This document shows, piece after piece, positions 20,163 through 29,184 of a DNA stretch of 64,000 nucleotides. How positions within the stretch are numbered: position 1 is the first letter of the stretch; every line of letters starts with the position of its first letter. The stretch comes from a virus (lineage: Duplodnaviria; Caudoviricetes). The notes below the pieces were generated by a model. That model did no database searches and was not told where the DNA came from. It saw only the letters and a program-made list of their open reading frames with translations. The stretch spans positions 59,914-123,913 of IMG/VR virus record IMGVR_UViG_3300038968_000070. One strand, written 5' to 3'. Made by a program: the position numbers and the translations under genes.

Positions 20163-20593
20163 TTCCGAACCTCCTCACCTGCGAGCACACGCCGCCCGCG
20201 CGGTGTGATCGTGTAGTGCCGACGCGTCACGCTAACGAGCGCGGTCGGCGCGGCTTCACCTTCGATCAACCCTAGCTCTTCGAGCCGTCCTAAGTAGACG
20301 TACAGCGCACCGCGCCCCGCTCGCTTGAGCGGGCCAGCGCTGTCGTCCAAGAGCTGAAGGCCGTACTTCGGTTGGCTGGCGATATCGAGCTGACGCAACA
20401 CGTCGACCGTGATGAGGTCGAAGCGCGGGCGCAGCTTCCACCACGCCGAGCCGCAGTACCCGATCGTGGAACCAAGGGCGGCCTCGACAGGCCACGGCAA
20501 GAAGACGCCGTTGACAGCGAAGGTGACGAGGGTGATCACGGAAGCGATCACCAGAAACCCATGAAGCATCCGCATCGAGGTCGTTTCTATCAC
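20159..20593 (-). CDS. PadR-like winged-helix protein with N-terminal TM segments
   Basis: YGLQL..GALYVYLGRLEELGLI..RRHYTITPRG. Confidence 0.75.
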   Translation of the reverse strand: MIETTSMRMLHGFLVIASVITLVTFAVNGVFLPWPVEAALGSTIGYCGSAWWKLRPRFDLITVDVLRQLDIASQPKYGLQLLDDSAGPLKRAGRGALYVYLGRLEELGLIEGEAAPTALVSVTRRHYTITPRGRRVLAGEEVRN

Positions 20594-20671
20594 ACCCCTC
20601 CGTCAGATCAACCGTTCTCATATGAGATCGGCTTGACGCCGGACCACGCCGATGCGAGGGTGTTCAGGTAG

Positions 20672-21073
20672 ATGGACGACGATGTCTTGGCGGCGTGGCA
20701 CAACGCCATGGCGGCGCTGGGTGCGACGCCGATGACGGTCGGCTACAATGTCCTCGGATCGTCGACCTATAGACCGGTCCATGTTGTCTCTGCGTCCTTC
20801 GTCAGCGACGGTGTCGAGATCAATATCGTGACGACTGTGTGGTTACCCGCGGTCCCGGACGGTTCCTGCAAAGCGGTCACGCAGATCACCTGCCGCGGGC
20901 GCGCTTGGGCGTCTCACGAAATTTGGGACAACTGTGCCGCCGCGGTCATGGACACACTCCGCGGCGCGTTCATCAACGCGGCCGTGTGTCTACGCTGCGC
21001 GCACCTCCTCGAACAACACGTGGTCGTCGGCGGCGCTGTGCGTTGCCACTGCGGCTGCGGGAGCTTCAAGTAG
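20672..21073 (+). CDS. family 2 paralog (LAxWH) with C-terminal Zn finger
   Basis: VLAAWHNAMAA; CLRC..H..CHCGC. Confidence 0.6.
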   Translation: MDDDVLAAWHNAMAALGATPMTVGYNVLGSSTYRPVHVVSASFVSDGVEINIVTTVWLPAVPDGSCKAVTQITCRGRAWASHEIWDNCAAAVMDTLRGAFINAAVCLRCAHLLEQHVVVGGAVRCHCGCGSFK

Positions 21074-21290
21074 GGCGGTTCATAATGTTCGACGTAGACG
21101 ATCCCGAACGCGTCCTCGACGCCATCTTTCGCACGCACGACTTGACCTCCCCGTCGAAGATCGCGTAGTGTCTCGTCCCACTATGAGCGGCCACGCGCCG
21201 CCGCCGGGCAAGCGGAATCGAGGGAATCGGCCGCCGGGGCGGGGGAGGGCGCGCGCCCGATCGCTGGGCCGACACGGCGAAGCCGCCAGC

Positions 21291-21794
21291 GTGATCGACC
21301 CGAGCGTCGACGAACCGATCTGGTTCGAGCGCCCGTGGCGAGACGGCCGGAACGCTGTCCGGCTACTCGAAACGCTCGGGATCCTCGCCGGTGGGAACCG
21401 CCTCCCCGACGCGGTCGGCGCTGCGCTGGCGAAGACGCCGGACGACGCGACGTCCCTGGACTACGCTGCGGTCGACGGTGCCGGCGTCGAGGCGACGATC
21501 GTCCCCGGCGTCGACGGCGTCGTCTTCCCCGCGGCCGCCGGTTGCCTCGCCAACTGGCTCGCCAAGAGCCACGGTGGCGGCGTCGTCCCGAACGTCTTCC
21601 TGCGCGGCGTCGTCGGGTGGCTGCTCTGGCGCGGGCTCGTCACCGGTGACACCGTTCGATGGGAGGTCGGCCGCGCTCGCGCGCGAGACCTCGGGCTCGA
21701 CGACGCCCGCACCGCTGAATTCCTGCGGCTGTGGCACGGGCGGCGGTACCAGGCCGCCTTCGCCAGCGCGGACGGCGCCGCGAGCGGTCCGTAG
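21291..21794 (+). CDS. hypothetical protein (start uncertain)
   Basis: Protein-like frame; overlaps antisense ORF. Confidence 0.4.
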   Translation: MIDPSVDEPIWFERPWRDGRNAVRLLETLGILAGGNRLPDAVGAALAKTPDDATSLDYAAVDGAGVEATIVPGVDGVVFPAAAGCLANWLAKSHGGGVVPNVFLRGVVGWLLWRGLVTGDTVRWEVGRARARDLGLDDARTAEFLRLWHGRRYQAAFASADGAASGP

Positions 21795-22403
21795 GGCCAT
21801 CCGACGGTCGCGCTCGGCGATGCGCAGGCGCTCGCGCTCGTCTTCGCTGAGCTGTGGTTCGGCGAACGCGCGGCGTCGGGTGATCGGCGTCGGCGGCGTC
21901 GTGCGCGGCCGACTCCACGGGAGGTGAAGGTTCGGTGCGTCGCCAGCATACGGGACGCGGTACCCGAGCCGGCCGCGGCGGAAGTACGCCGTCTGTACGG
22001 CGAGGCACGCGACGCAGAGGACGTCGCAGCGATCGACGGCCGTCTTGACGGTGTCAAGCGACGCGCCGTTGCGGACGAGCGTCTCGACGCCGCCAGCGTC
22101 GAAGACGGCGCCGTCCTTGGGGACGAATTCGAGCAAGATCACGTGTTCTTGTCCGCACATCGAGCATGGATGCGCGCGCAAGAAGTCGCAGATCCAGGCG
22201 GCGACGCGGATCCGCTCCTGGTTCACGTTCGCGCGGTTGCGTCGGACGCCGAGATGCCGATCGACAGCCGTTCGGCGGTCGGACTCGCGCTTCTGTAAGA
22301 CCTTGCAATAGCTACAGAATCGAGCCTTGCCAGGGGGCAGGACGGCGGGGCATCGTGCGCACGTTCGGGTCGGATTTGAGCGGGGTGATTTCGAGATCGA
22401 CAT
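21363..22403 (-). CDS. degenerate HNH-like Zn-finger protein
   Basis: CARC..CSYC; CSMCG..LLEFVP..CDVLCVACL. Confidence 0.5.
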   Translation of the reverse strand: MSISKSPRSNPTRTCARCPAVLPPGKARFCSYCKVLQKRESDRRTAVDRHLGVRRNRANVNQERIRVAAWICDFLRAHPCSMCGQEHVILLEFVPKDGAVFDAGGVETLVRNGASLDTVKTAVDRCDVLCVACLAVQTAYFRRGRLGYRVPYAGDAPNLHLPWSRPRTTPPTPITRRRAFAEPQLSEDERERLRIAERDRRMALRTARGAVRAGEGGLVPPPVPQPQEFSGAGVVEPEVSRASAADLPSNGVTGDEPAPEQPPDDAAQEDVRDDAATVALGEPVGEATGGRGEDDAVDAGDDRRLDAGTVDRSVVQGRRVVRRLRQRSADRVGEAVPTGEDPERFE

Positions 22404-22762
22404 CAGGTTTTCCGTTGAACCTTGTGATACAGCATGTTTAGGCGTCGATCCAGCGGAAAACTGCACAGAGATCCATTCTTTTTCTAAATTTCTTCTACGG
22501 GGCGTGTGTGTTGGTTTGGGAAAAGTAGTCACTGTCTCAGGAAAAAACTTTTGGAAAAAGAAGGGATCTCTAGGTTGTTTTCTTCAGATCGCGCGGGAAG
22601 CGCGCGTGATCGCTGGGCGGCGTGGAAAAAACCAGCGAAGGGCTGCGATCGGAAAGCTACTCGATGTCCGCTCGAAAGCAGGAAAATTGGGATCGTGTCT
22701 GGCCGAAAACCGAATTGTAAGGCAGGGCCATTACGTCCTCTATTCTCTAGCGGTGATCTCGC

Positions 22763-22827
22763 ATAGAACCCCGCTATCCGATCAGTATTCGATCTGTGTG
22801 TTGACAATAGAACCCCGCTATGCGATC
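22763..22827 (+). repeat. 21-bp direct repeat pair ATAGAACCCCGCTAT(C/G)CGATC (22763-22783, 22807-22827) flanking TTGACA
   Basis: Read directly; one mismatch; 44-bp period; lies in an AT-richer intergenic region. Confidence 0.85.
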
Positions 22828-22835
22828 GGAATGCA

Positions 22836-23870
22836 GTGAGTAAACCGCATGTCCTCAAATTCGGGATTCAGACCGGATACTTCACGAAGCTTACAACTCT
22901 GGCACGCAACGCGGAGCTGTCGGTCCCTGAGTACGTCTACAACCTCGTGGTCATGGCGGTGAACGGTTTCACCCCGGGCGCTGGCGGCGTCAATGCGACA
23001 CCGGCGCTGGCGGCGGCGAAGACCGTCGCCAAGCTCGACGACATCCCCGTCGACGTCGAACGCGGGACGATCCCCGGCAGCTACGCCGGCGTGAAGCAAC
23101 GCGACGGTGCGTGGGAGGCGAAGGCCGGGCGCACCGTGCTCGGGCGCTTCAGTTCCCCCGAGGTCGCCGCGCTCGCGCGCTACTTCGCGATCGTCGGCTA
23201 CAAGGCCGGGCGCGGCGCCTTCTACGACGACGTCAGCATGAACCCCGACTACGCCGCCAAGCAGCTGCCGAAGGACGTCGAGCGGTTCGCGCCGCTGTCG
23301 GCGACGCAAGCGGTTGCAGGCGCAGCGGCACGCGGCGAGGCGCAGATCCCGGCGTCAGCGGTGCCGGCGGGGTTGCTCGTCGAGCCTGACCCGACGGCCG
23401 TCGCGACGTACCTCGGACCCCCGATCGCGTCTCAGCCTTCGGCGCGTCGGGCCAAGGCTCGCGGCGACGCCGCACCCCCGAGCCCCGCGGGCGATTCCCG
23501 GGTCGGCGGCGACGTTCTTCAAGGAGTCGACCCCCCGGCGGGACCAGAAACCGCCGGAGGGTCAAGGGAGACGTCGGCGGACGGGGGGCGGACGCCTTCT
23601 ACCTCGATTCGAGACGCTACCGAAGGGGGCGGCGGCGGTCAAGCGGATCTTTGCCCGATCTGCGACGGCGAGATGAACCCCGGCATCGCACGCAAGCACC
23701 CGCGCTACTGCCTCTTGTGCAGCGACGACTACGAGACGTGGCTTGGGCTCCCCGACGATCAAGACGGCGCCGACGACGTCGTCCTCGCGTTCACGTCGAC
23801 GAACGTGAAGCTCGCGCCGCAGGAGCGTGCGTTCATGGCGTACTTGATGCGCACGCGGGGCTTGCTGTGA
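22836..23870 (+). CDS. putative regulator: RHH-like + AP2-like + Zn finger
   Basis: KFGIQTGYFTKLTTLARNAELSVPEYV; YAGVKQRDGAWEA..LGRFSSPEVAA; CPIC..CLLC. Confidence 0.65.
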   Translation: MSKPHVLKFGIQTGYFTKLTTLARNAELSVPEYVYNLVVMAVNGFTPGAGGVNATPALAAAKTVAKLDDIPVDVERGTIPGSYAGVKQRDGAWEAKAGRTVLGRFSSPEVAALARYFAIVGYKAGRGAFYDDVSMNPDYAAKQLPKDVERFAPLSATQAVAGAAARGEAQIPASAVPAGLLVEPDPTAVATYLGPPIASQPSARRAKARGDAAPPSPAGDSRVGGDVLQGVDPPAGPETAGGSRETSADGGRTPSTSIRDATEGGGGGQADLCPICDGEMNPGIARKHPRYCLLCSDDYETWLGLPDDQDGADDVVLAFTSTNVKLAPQERAFMAYLMRTRGLL

Positions 23871-24394
23871 TGTGGACGGATCTTTGGCCGGATGCTGATC
23901 CTGATGTCGATGAGACCTTCGCCGACGGGTGGACGATCGAATGGGCCGCGCCGGCGTTCAACGGGCGATGGGGTGATTTGATCGGAGACCGAGCTGACCT
24001 CGCGTCGCCTCTGGCCGTCAAGGTGACGCGAGGCGACGGTGTGACGTTCACGCTCTCACCGTCGGCACATAGCCACTTGATGCGGCTATCCGACATCGTC
24101 GATCTCGCTGGGCGCGCGTTCGCGCGCGCCGACAACGACCACACGACGTATGGCAGCACCATCTTCTACCGCTGGTCTAACCGGCTCATCGCGGTGTTCC
24201 TGAACGCGCTCGTGCGCTTCCCCGACGACCTCCGTCAAACCGTCCTTCACGTCGCCGACGTAGAAAGCAGTGATCCTCCGTGCCAAGTCCTGTGGAACGT
24301 GTTCAAAGCCGCCGTCGCCGAGGAGCGTCGAAGGCGAAGGGCGAGTGGTCTACGTACGTCGAAGTCCGCGACGGCGATTTCTACCTCAGTCTGA
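23870..24394 (+). CDS. family 1 paralog
   Basis: PDDLRQTV; LWNVFKAAVAEERRR. Confidence 0.7.
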   Translation: MWTDLWPDADPDVDETFADGWTIEWAAPAFNGRWGDLIGDRADLASPLAVKVTRGDGVTFTLSPSAHSHLMRLSDIVDLAGRAFARADNDHTTYGSTIFYRWSNRLIAVFLNALVRFPDDLRQTVLHVADVESSDPPCQVLWNVFKAAVAEERRRRRASGLRTSKSATAISTSV

Positions 24395-24672
24395 AACGAC
24401 CGCGGAAAACGCCGATCGCCTTGGTCATTCCAAGCCATCTCGCGATGGTGATCGGCTCGATGGTGCCGAAGTCGAAGACGTGGGAGCGACGTCTGAGCGA
24501 CCTCGCTTCCGTGCTCACGTCTAGGTCCGAGCACGTCGCGACGGTGGCGAAACTCGTCGAAGCAGCACGGACGCCAGAAGACGTCGACGTCTTGTTCAAC
24601 GTCGTCAAGGCGGCGATCGCGAGTGATCGCCGCGCGGCGAGGGTGAAGGCACGTAAGGCGCGTAAGCGATGA
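24280..24672 (+). CDS. family 1 paralog (start uncertain)
   Basis: ARTPED; LFNVVKAAIASDRR. Confidence 0.6.
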   Translation: MPSPVERVQSRRRRGASKAKGEWSTYVEVRDGDFYLSLKRPRKTPIALVIPSHLAMVIGSMVPKSKTWERRLSDLASVLTSRSEHVATVAKLVEAARTPEDVDVLFNVVKAAIASDRRAARVKARKARKR

Positions 24673-25043
24673 GCGCACGCTGGCGTGTCGCGCCCGCGCC
24701 GTTGATGACGGCGCTCGCCGCGCGATTTCACATCTATCCGCCGACGTCGTCGTTGGGCCGGCGACAATGCGTGTGCGCGCGTTGGCCTGCGCAGACGGTT
24801 GTGCTGCACAAGCACGCAACGATCAACGTGCACACCGGTCAGGCGTTGCTCCAACAGCAGGCGCACGCGGTGTTCCACGTACTCGCGTTGTCGTCGGCGT
24901 GGCGCGAAACGTTCTTGCACTTGATCGCCGAGGCCCGTACGCCGGAGGACCTGGCCGCCGCCGTGAACTACGCCGGTGCGGCGTTCGAGGAGGATCGCCG
25001 GGGCTCGCTTAGCTCCACCCTCTCAAAACGTGCCGTTCCGTAG
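24669..25043 (+). CDS. family 1 paralog
   Basis: ARTPED; AVNYAGAAFEEDRR. Confidence 0.6.
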   Translation: MSARWRVAPAPLMTALAARFHIYPPTSSLGRRQCVCARWPAQTVVLHKHATINVHTGQALLQQQAHAVFHVLALSSAWRETFLHLIAEARTPEDLAAAVNYAGAAFEEDRRGSLSSTLSKRAVP

Positions 25044-25709
25044 GAATCGCTCGACCAGCTGATGCACCTCCGGTTCGTTCATGATCGTCGTGTGCGTCGC
25101 GTCGACGGTCGTGAACGCCGCCATCCACGGTAGCTTCGTCTCCTCAACGCTGACCGTCCCGTCGTGCTCGGTCTTCTCGTCGAAGACGCGCGTGCTCACG
25201 AACCAGCTCGTCGGGTTGGCGATGCTCTGGCGCCGTGTGCCGGCGATGACGGCGAACGGCGCTGGCGGGAACGGCCAGCGCGCGGCCGCTTTGGGGTCGG
25301 CGCTCGCGCCTGCGAGCCCGGTGCCGGCCGGGCCGTAGGCGAGGTTGAACGCGACGCTCGCGAGGCCCTCGGTGTTGTTCAGCGCGGCCGCGACGGCGCT
25401 GCCGTTGTTCGGCGGCGCGAGCATGACGATGCGCTTCCAGCGGAGCCGTTCGTCACGCATGTGGCGCAAGACGATGCCGCCCAACGAGTGCGTGACGGCG
25501 TAGAGCGGGCGGTCTTTCAGGTCACGGCGGATGCGCGTGCACAGCCGCCGCGCGAGGTGCGCGATCGGCATCGACGTCGACGGGTACTCGTAGAGGCGTG
25601 CGTCGAAGCCGGCGGCGTCGAGATGCTCCGCGAGCGGCTGCATCGACCGTCCGCCGCGGGCGAGCCCGTGGAGGAGGACGACGGCGGGTCTGTCGGGCGA
25701 TTTCGTCAG
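25023..25709 (-). CDS. alpha/beta hydrolase (lipase/esterase-like), probable CTG start
   Basis: VVLLHGL upstream of first ATG; THSLGG, LAPPNNGS, DGTV, H. Confidence 0.85.
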   Translation of the reverse strand: MTKSPDRPAVVLLHGLARGGRSMQPLAEHLDAAGFDARLYEYPSTSMPIAHLARRLCTRIRRDLKDRPLYAVTHSLGGIVLRHMRDERLRWKRIVMLAPPNNGSAVAAALNNTEGLASVAFNLAYGPAGTGLAGASADPKAAARWPFPPAPFAVIAGTRRQSIANPTSWFVSTRVFDEKTEHDGTVSVEETKLPWMAAFTTVDATHTTIMNEPEVHQLVERFLRNGTF

Positions 25710-26191
25710 ATGCCGCTTCCGTCGTCGTCGGGGCCCTCCTCGGGCATCGCCTCGACGGACGCCGTCGTGATCGCCCCGGTCGCCGTCGGCGACGTCACCG
25801 GGTAAACGCGCGTCGGCGCGGGCAGTGGGCCGCCGAGGAGATCCACGAGCCCGCTCATGTCCGGCACCGGTCGTGGTGCCGCGGGCGCCGGCGGCGCCAG
25901 TCCTAGCGCGCGCTCGGCTTCGAGGAGGTCTTCCTCCGCTTGCTGCGCCAGCTCCGCTTGCGCTTGCCGCGCGCGATCGCGCGCGTACTCGGCAAGGCGC
26001 CGTGCCTCTTCGGCTTCACGACGCGCGTCGTCGATCTGCCGTGCGGCGAGCGTTAGCCGCCGGCGCACCGCGCGCTGGTAGGCGAGGAGCTTCGGGGTCG
26101 GGTTCGGGAACGTCGGCTCCTCGAACGCTGCCTGCGCGCCAGCGAGGTTGATGATCGGGCTGTGCGGGGAACCGTTGAACGGGTTCATCAC
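25706..26191 (-). CDS. coiled-coil hypothetical protein
   Basis: Helical A/E/R run; TGC-TACCGT just upstream. Confidence 0.6.
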   Translation of the reverse strand: MMNPFNGSPHSPIINLAGAQAAFEEPTFPNPTPKLLAYQRAVRRRLTLAARQIDDARREAEEARRLAEYARDRARQAQAELAQQAEEDLLEAERALGLAPPAPAAPRPVPDMSGLVDLLGGPLPAPTRVYPVTSPTATGAITTASVEAMPEEGPDDDGSGI

Positions 26192-26216
26192 CCCGCGACG
26201 GTAGCACAGGGGTCCG

Positions 26217-26999
26217 TCAGCGCCGCTTGGCTGCCTTGCGCTTGTTGGGCTTGGCCTTGGTCTTCGCTGGCGTCTTGCGCCGTGTCGGCTTCGTCTTCGA
26301 CGCGAGCTTCATGAGCGTGTAGCCCGCCGCCTGCGCTTGCTCGCGGAGCTGCTTCTCCTTGTACTCGGCGACGCGCTCGGCCCACTCCGGCGTCCCGCGG
26401 CGATCGCGCCAGTCGGCGATGATGCGCGCGCGTTCGGCCCAGACCGTAGCGCGCTCGCTGTCGCGCTGCGTGGCGCCGACGACCTTGTCGACGTTGCGGG
26501 CGGCGACCTCGAATGCCTCGCCCGGCAAGTCGCGGATGAACTCCGGCGACAAGTTGGCGACGGCGTGGTCGACGATCTCCTTGAGCGCGTCGATCAGGGT
26601 GGCAGCGACTTCGAGCCGTGCGTCCGGCGTCTTCGCCCGCTCCGCCTCCAGCTCCTTCCGCAGCTCCTCGGCGCGAAGCTCTGCGGCCGCGGTGTCGTTC
26701 CGCCACTTGTCGACCAGCTCGCGCGCGACCTTGACGATCTCGCCGCTGGGGTTGTTCATGTGCCCGATGGGCTTGGTGCTCTCGATGTCGGTTTCCATCG
26801 GAGGCGACGGTAGCACGCGGGTGCGACAGGGACGGCGACGTGCGAACGGCTTGAGCTGTTCGTCGATGCGGCGACGGAGCGCGGCCGCACGGCGTCGCGC
26901 ATCGGCGTGGCCTGCGAGCGGCGCGCGCATGTCGAGCTGCGCGAGCATCGACGGCGGGTCGCCGACGGCGGCGGTCCAGATGGTCGGCTTGGGCTTCAT
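26217..26999 (-). CDS. hypothetical protein with Lys-rich tail
   Basis: Coding-like frame; start uncertain. Confidence 0.6.
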   Translation of the reverse strand: MKPKPTIWTAAVGDPPSMLAQLDMRAPLAGHADARRRAAALRRRIDEQLKPFARRRPCRTRVLPSPPMETDIESTKPIGHMNNPSGEIVKVARELVDKWRNDTAAAELRAEELRKELEAERAKTPDARLEVAATLIDALKEIVDHAVANLSPEFIRDLPGEAFEVAARNVDKVVGATQRDSERATVWAERARIIADWRDRRGTPEWAERVAEYKEKQLREQAQAAGYTLMKLASKTKPTRRKTPAKTKAKPNKRKAAKRR

Positions 27000-27310
27000 T
27001 CCAACGCGAGCTGTAGGTCACGGATGCGCCTGAGCCGCTCCGGCGGGCACCAGGCGAACTTACGTCGGCGGAACACCGCGCCCGGTTTCCAGGCGACGCC
27101 TGTGTACTCAGCGCCGTACAGCTCGTCCCAGATGAATGGTACGCCGCCGCCGCCCATATAGCAGTACCCCGCGAGGTGCCCGCTGTACGTTCGCCAGACC
27201 GCGCAGTCGGGGCGACCTTCGGCCTCGTTCCAGATGAACTTGATGAGGCCGTCGGTGTGAATCGCTGCGGCGCGGTGCCATTCGGCGAGGTCGCCGCGTC
27301 GACGACTCAA
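26996..27310 (-). CDS. family 2 paralog
   Basis: LAEWHRAAA..LIKFIWNE; TTGA overlap start. Confidence 0.6.
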   Translation of the reverse strand: MSRRRGDLAEWHRAAAIHTDGLIKFIWNEAEGRPDCAVWRTYSGHLAGYCYMGGGGVPFIWDELYGAEYTGVAWKPGAVFRRRKFAWCPPERLRRIRDLQLALE

Positions 27311-27720
27311 GGCTTCGATTCCTTGTTGATGGCGAGGACGTTGTCCATCGGCGGCGGTAGCGGGAGGTCCGAGGTCGTCGTCGTGTAGCCAACCTCGACG
27401 TTCTGCACGTACGGCGCGCCTGACAGCTCCGTCAACGCCCGCTCCATTTTCGCCGCGATGACCGCCGTCCAGACGATCGACATCGCGCCGGCGATCAGGA
27501 TCGCCCACGGTGACGTCGACCCGAGGAACGGGACGTCGAACGCGTAGCCGATGGCGGCGGTGCCGAGGCCGTACCAGAAGCCGCTGCACGCCGCGCAGGA
27601 CATGAGCGCATCGAGCCGCGCCGGGTAGCGCGACCATAGGAAGGACGTGATCTGGGCGCGCGCCCCGAGGTAGAAAAGCGCCGTCGTGATCAGGGGCAGA
27701 ACGAAGATGCTGTCGATCAT
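27307..27720 (-). CDS. DUF1360-like membrane protein
   Basis: Three TM segments; LMSCAACSGFW. Confidence 0.6.
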   Translation of the reverse strand: MIDSIFVLPLITTALFYLGARAQITSFLWSRYPARLDALMSCAACSGFWYGLGTAAIGYAFDVPFLGSTSPWAILIAGAMSIVWTAVIAAKMERALTELSGAPYVQNVEVGYTTTTSDLPLPPPMDNVLAINKESKP

Positions 27721-28064
27721 GGTGACGTCTCTTGTATCACGTCGGTCCGACGGGCAACGTTCCGTCGGTCTTGCTCGTCGATCGCGGCGTCGCTGACGTT
27801 GATCAGCGCGTCTTCGACCTCGATTTCATAGCCGGTGAAGTCGGGTGCAGAGATCCACGCGTCGAGCAGGGCTCTGACTGTAGCGACGAGGTCGTCGTCG
27901 GTGATCTTCGCGTGCTCCCGGAGGATGTACATCCGCGTGGCGTCGGAATCACCGGCGCAGTGTCGCCGCGCCTCTTCGGTGACTGAATATCTCCACCAGT
28001 TCGGCCATCGTCGCGGGTCAGCAATCGTCTGGTGGTCGTCGACGTTACGCCATCGGCGGTTCAT
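27717..28064 (-). CDS. family 1 paralog
   Basis: DPRRWP; DDDLVATV; INVSDAAIDEQDRR. Confidence 0.75.
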   Translation of the reverse strand: MNRRWRNVDDHQTIADPRRWPNWWRYSVTEEARRHCAGDSDATRMYILREHAKITDDDLVATVRALLDAWISAPDFTGYEIEVEDALINVSDAAIDEQDRRNVARRTDVIQETSP

Positions 28065-28405
28065 CGCTGCGCGTCCCTTCGATCTTGCTCGTCGATCGCG
28101 GCGTCGAGTGCGTTGATGACGACGGCCTCGATTTCGAGGTCAGCGTGGCCGGGCGTGGTCAACCACTCTTCGTAGAGCCGTGCAACCGTGGTGCGGAGGT
28201 CCGGGTCGATGATTCCCACACAGTCGAGCAACGTCGTCACCATCGCCGTCACGTGTGCCTCGCGGCTGTCGCGAAGCCTGACGGCGTCGGCTGTGGTGAA
28301 CGCGACCAGTGGCCATCTTCGCGGGTCCCCGTTGCTGGCGACGAGCGCGCTACTGCGCGGTTCGCCCGCGTAGTAACGAACGCTTCGAGGGTGCGCTCCG
28401 ATCAT
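28061..28405 (-). CDS. family 1 paralog
   Basis: GDPRRWP; DPDLRTTV; INALDAAIDEQDRR. Confidence 0.75.
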   Translation of the reverse strand: MIGAHPRSVRYYAGEPRSSALVASNGDPRRWPLVAFTTADAVRLRDSREAHVTAMVTTLLDCVGIIDPDLRTTVARLYEEWLTTPGHADLEIEAVVINALDAAIDEQDRRDAQR

Positions 28406-28420
28406 TCCTATACGAGAATT

Positions 28421-29008
28421 CTAGTTCCCGTCGCCGACTCGGTCAACCATCTCTTCGGGCAGAAGATCCGGCTTGGCGCCCTCGCGCGCGACGCTCGCGC
28501 CCGTCGTCGCACTCCAACGATCGCACAGGTACTTGTCGCTGACGTACGTCCCGTACTTCGGCGACGACCGCTCGTTGCAGAGCGCCTGTTGCCCGAGGAT
28601 CGGGTCGCCGTGGTTGATCGATGCCTCGAACCGGTCCAGGTGCTCCGTCGCCTTCTCGATGCCGTCGATCTTGTGGAACAAGCTCGCGGCGGCCTCGTCC
28701 TTCGGGCGGTGACAGCGCTTGTACTTCTGCCCGGAGCCGCACGGACAGCGTTCGTTGACCGGCGTGTTCTTGAAGCGCGCAACCATCGTCGGGTCGACGA
28801 CGGCGCCTTCGAGGAGGAGCCGTTTACCCTCGGCGATGCGCGCTTCGTGCACCGGGCGTTCGGTGGCGCGCCAGTGCTGAAGGCTCGCTTCCTTCGAGGC
28901 CATACCACGACAGTTCCAACAGCCCTGGCGACGCTCGAAGGTGCGATCGGCGAGGGGGAGCGAGATTTTGTTCGACACGGCGGGCACGGTAGCACACGGG
29001 TGCGTCAT
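28421..29008 (-). CDS. SEC-C motif protein
   Basis: NERCPCGSGQKYKRCH. Confidence 0.75.
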   Translation of the reverse strand: MTHPCATVPAVSNKISLPLADRTFERRQGCWNCRGMASKEASLQHWRATERPVHEARIAEGKRLLLEGAVVDPTMVARFKNTPVNERCPCGSGQKYKRCHRPKDEAAASLFHKIDGIEKATEHLDRFEASINHGDPILGQQALCNERSSPKYGTYVSDKYLCDRWSATTGASVAREGAKPDLLPEEMVDRVGDGN

Positions 29009-29146
29009 TTTTTTCGGCGCGTGGTGTTGACGCCGCGGTGATGCGCGTGGTACAACTACACGTAATCAAACGTGAAACTGACCTGATCGTGGTAAAATAA
29101 CCACACGATCGGGAATTTTTTATTGGCGCTAAAAAGCCCGACGTCG

Positions 29147-29175
29147 TTGATCGGTCACACGATCCAGCGTACGGT
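29147..29175 (+). promoter_or_regulatory. GATC-dyad promoter
   Basis: TTGATC-17 bp-TACGGT; contains GATCGGTCACACGATC; ATG at 29185. Confidence 0.75.
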
Positions 29176-29184
29176 GAGCGTCAC

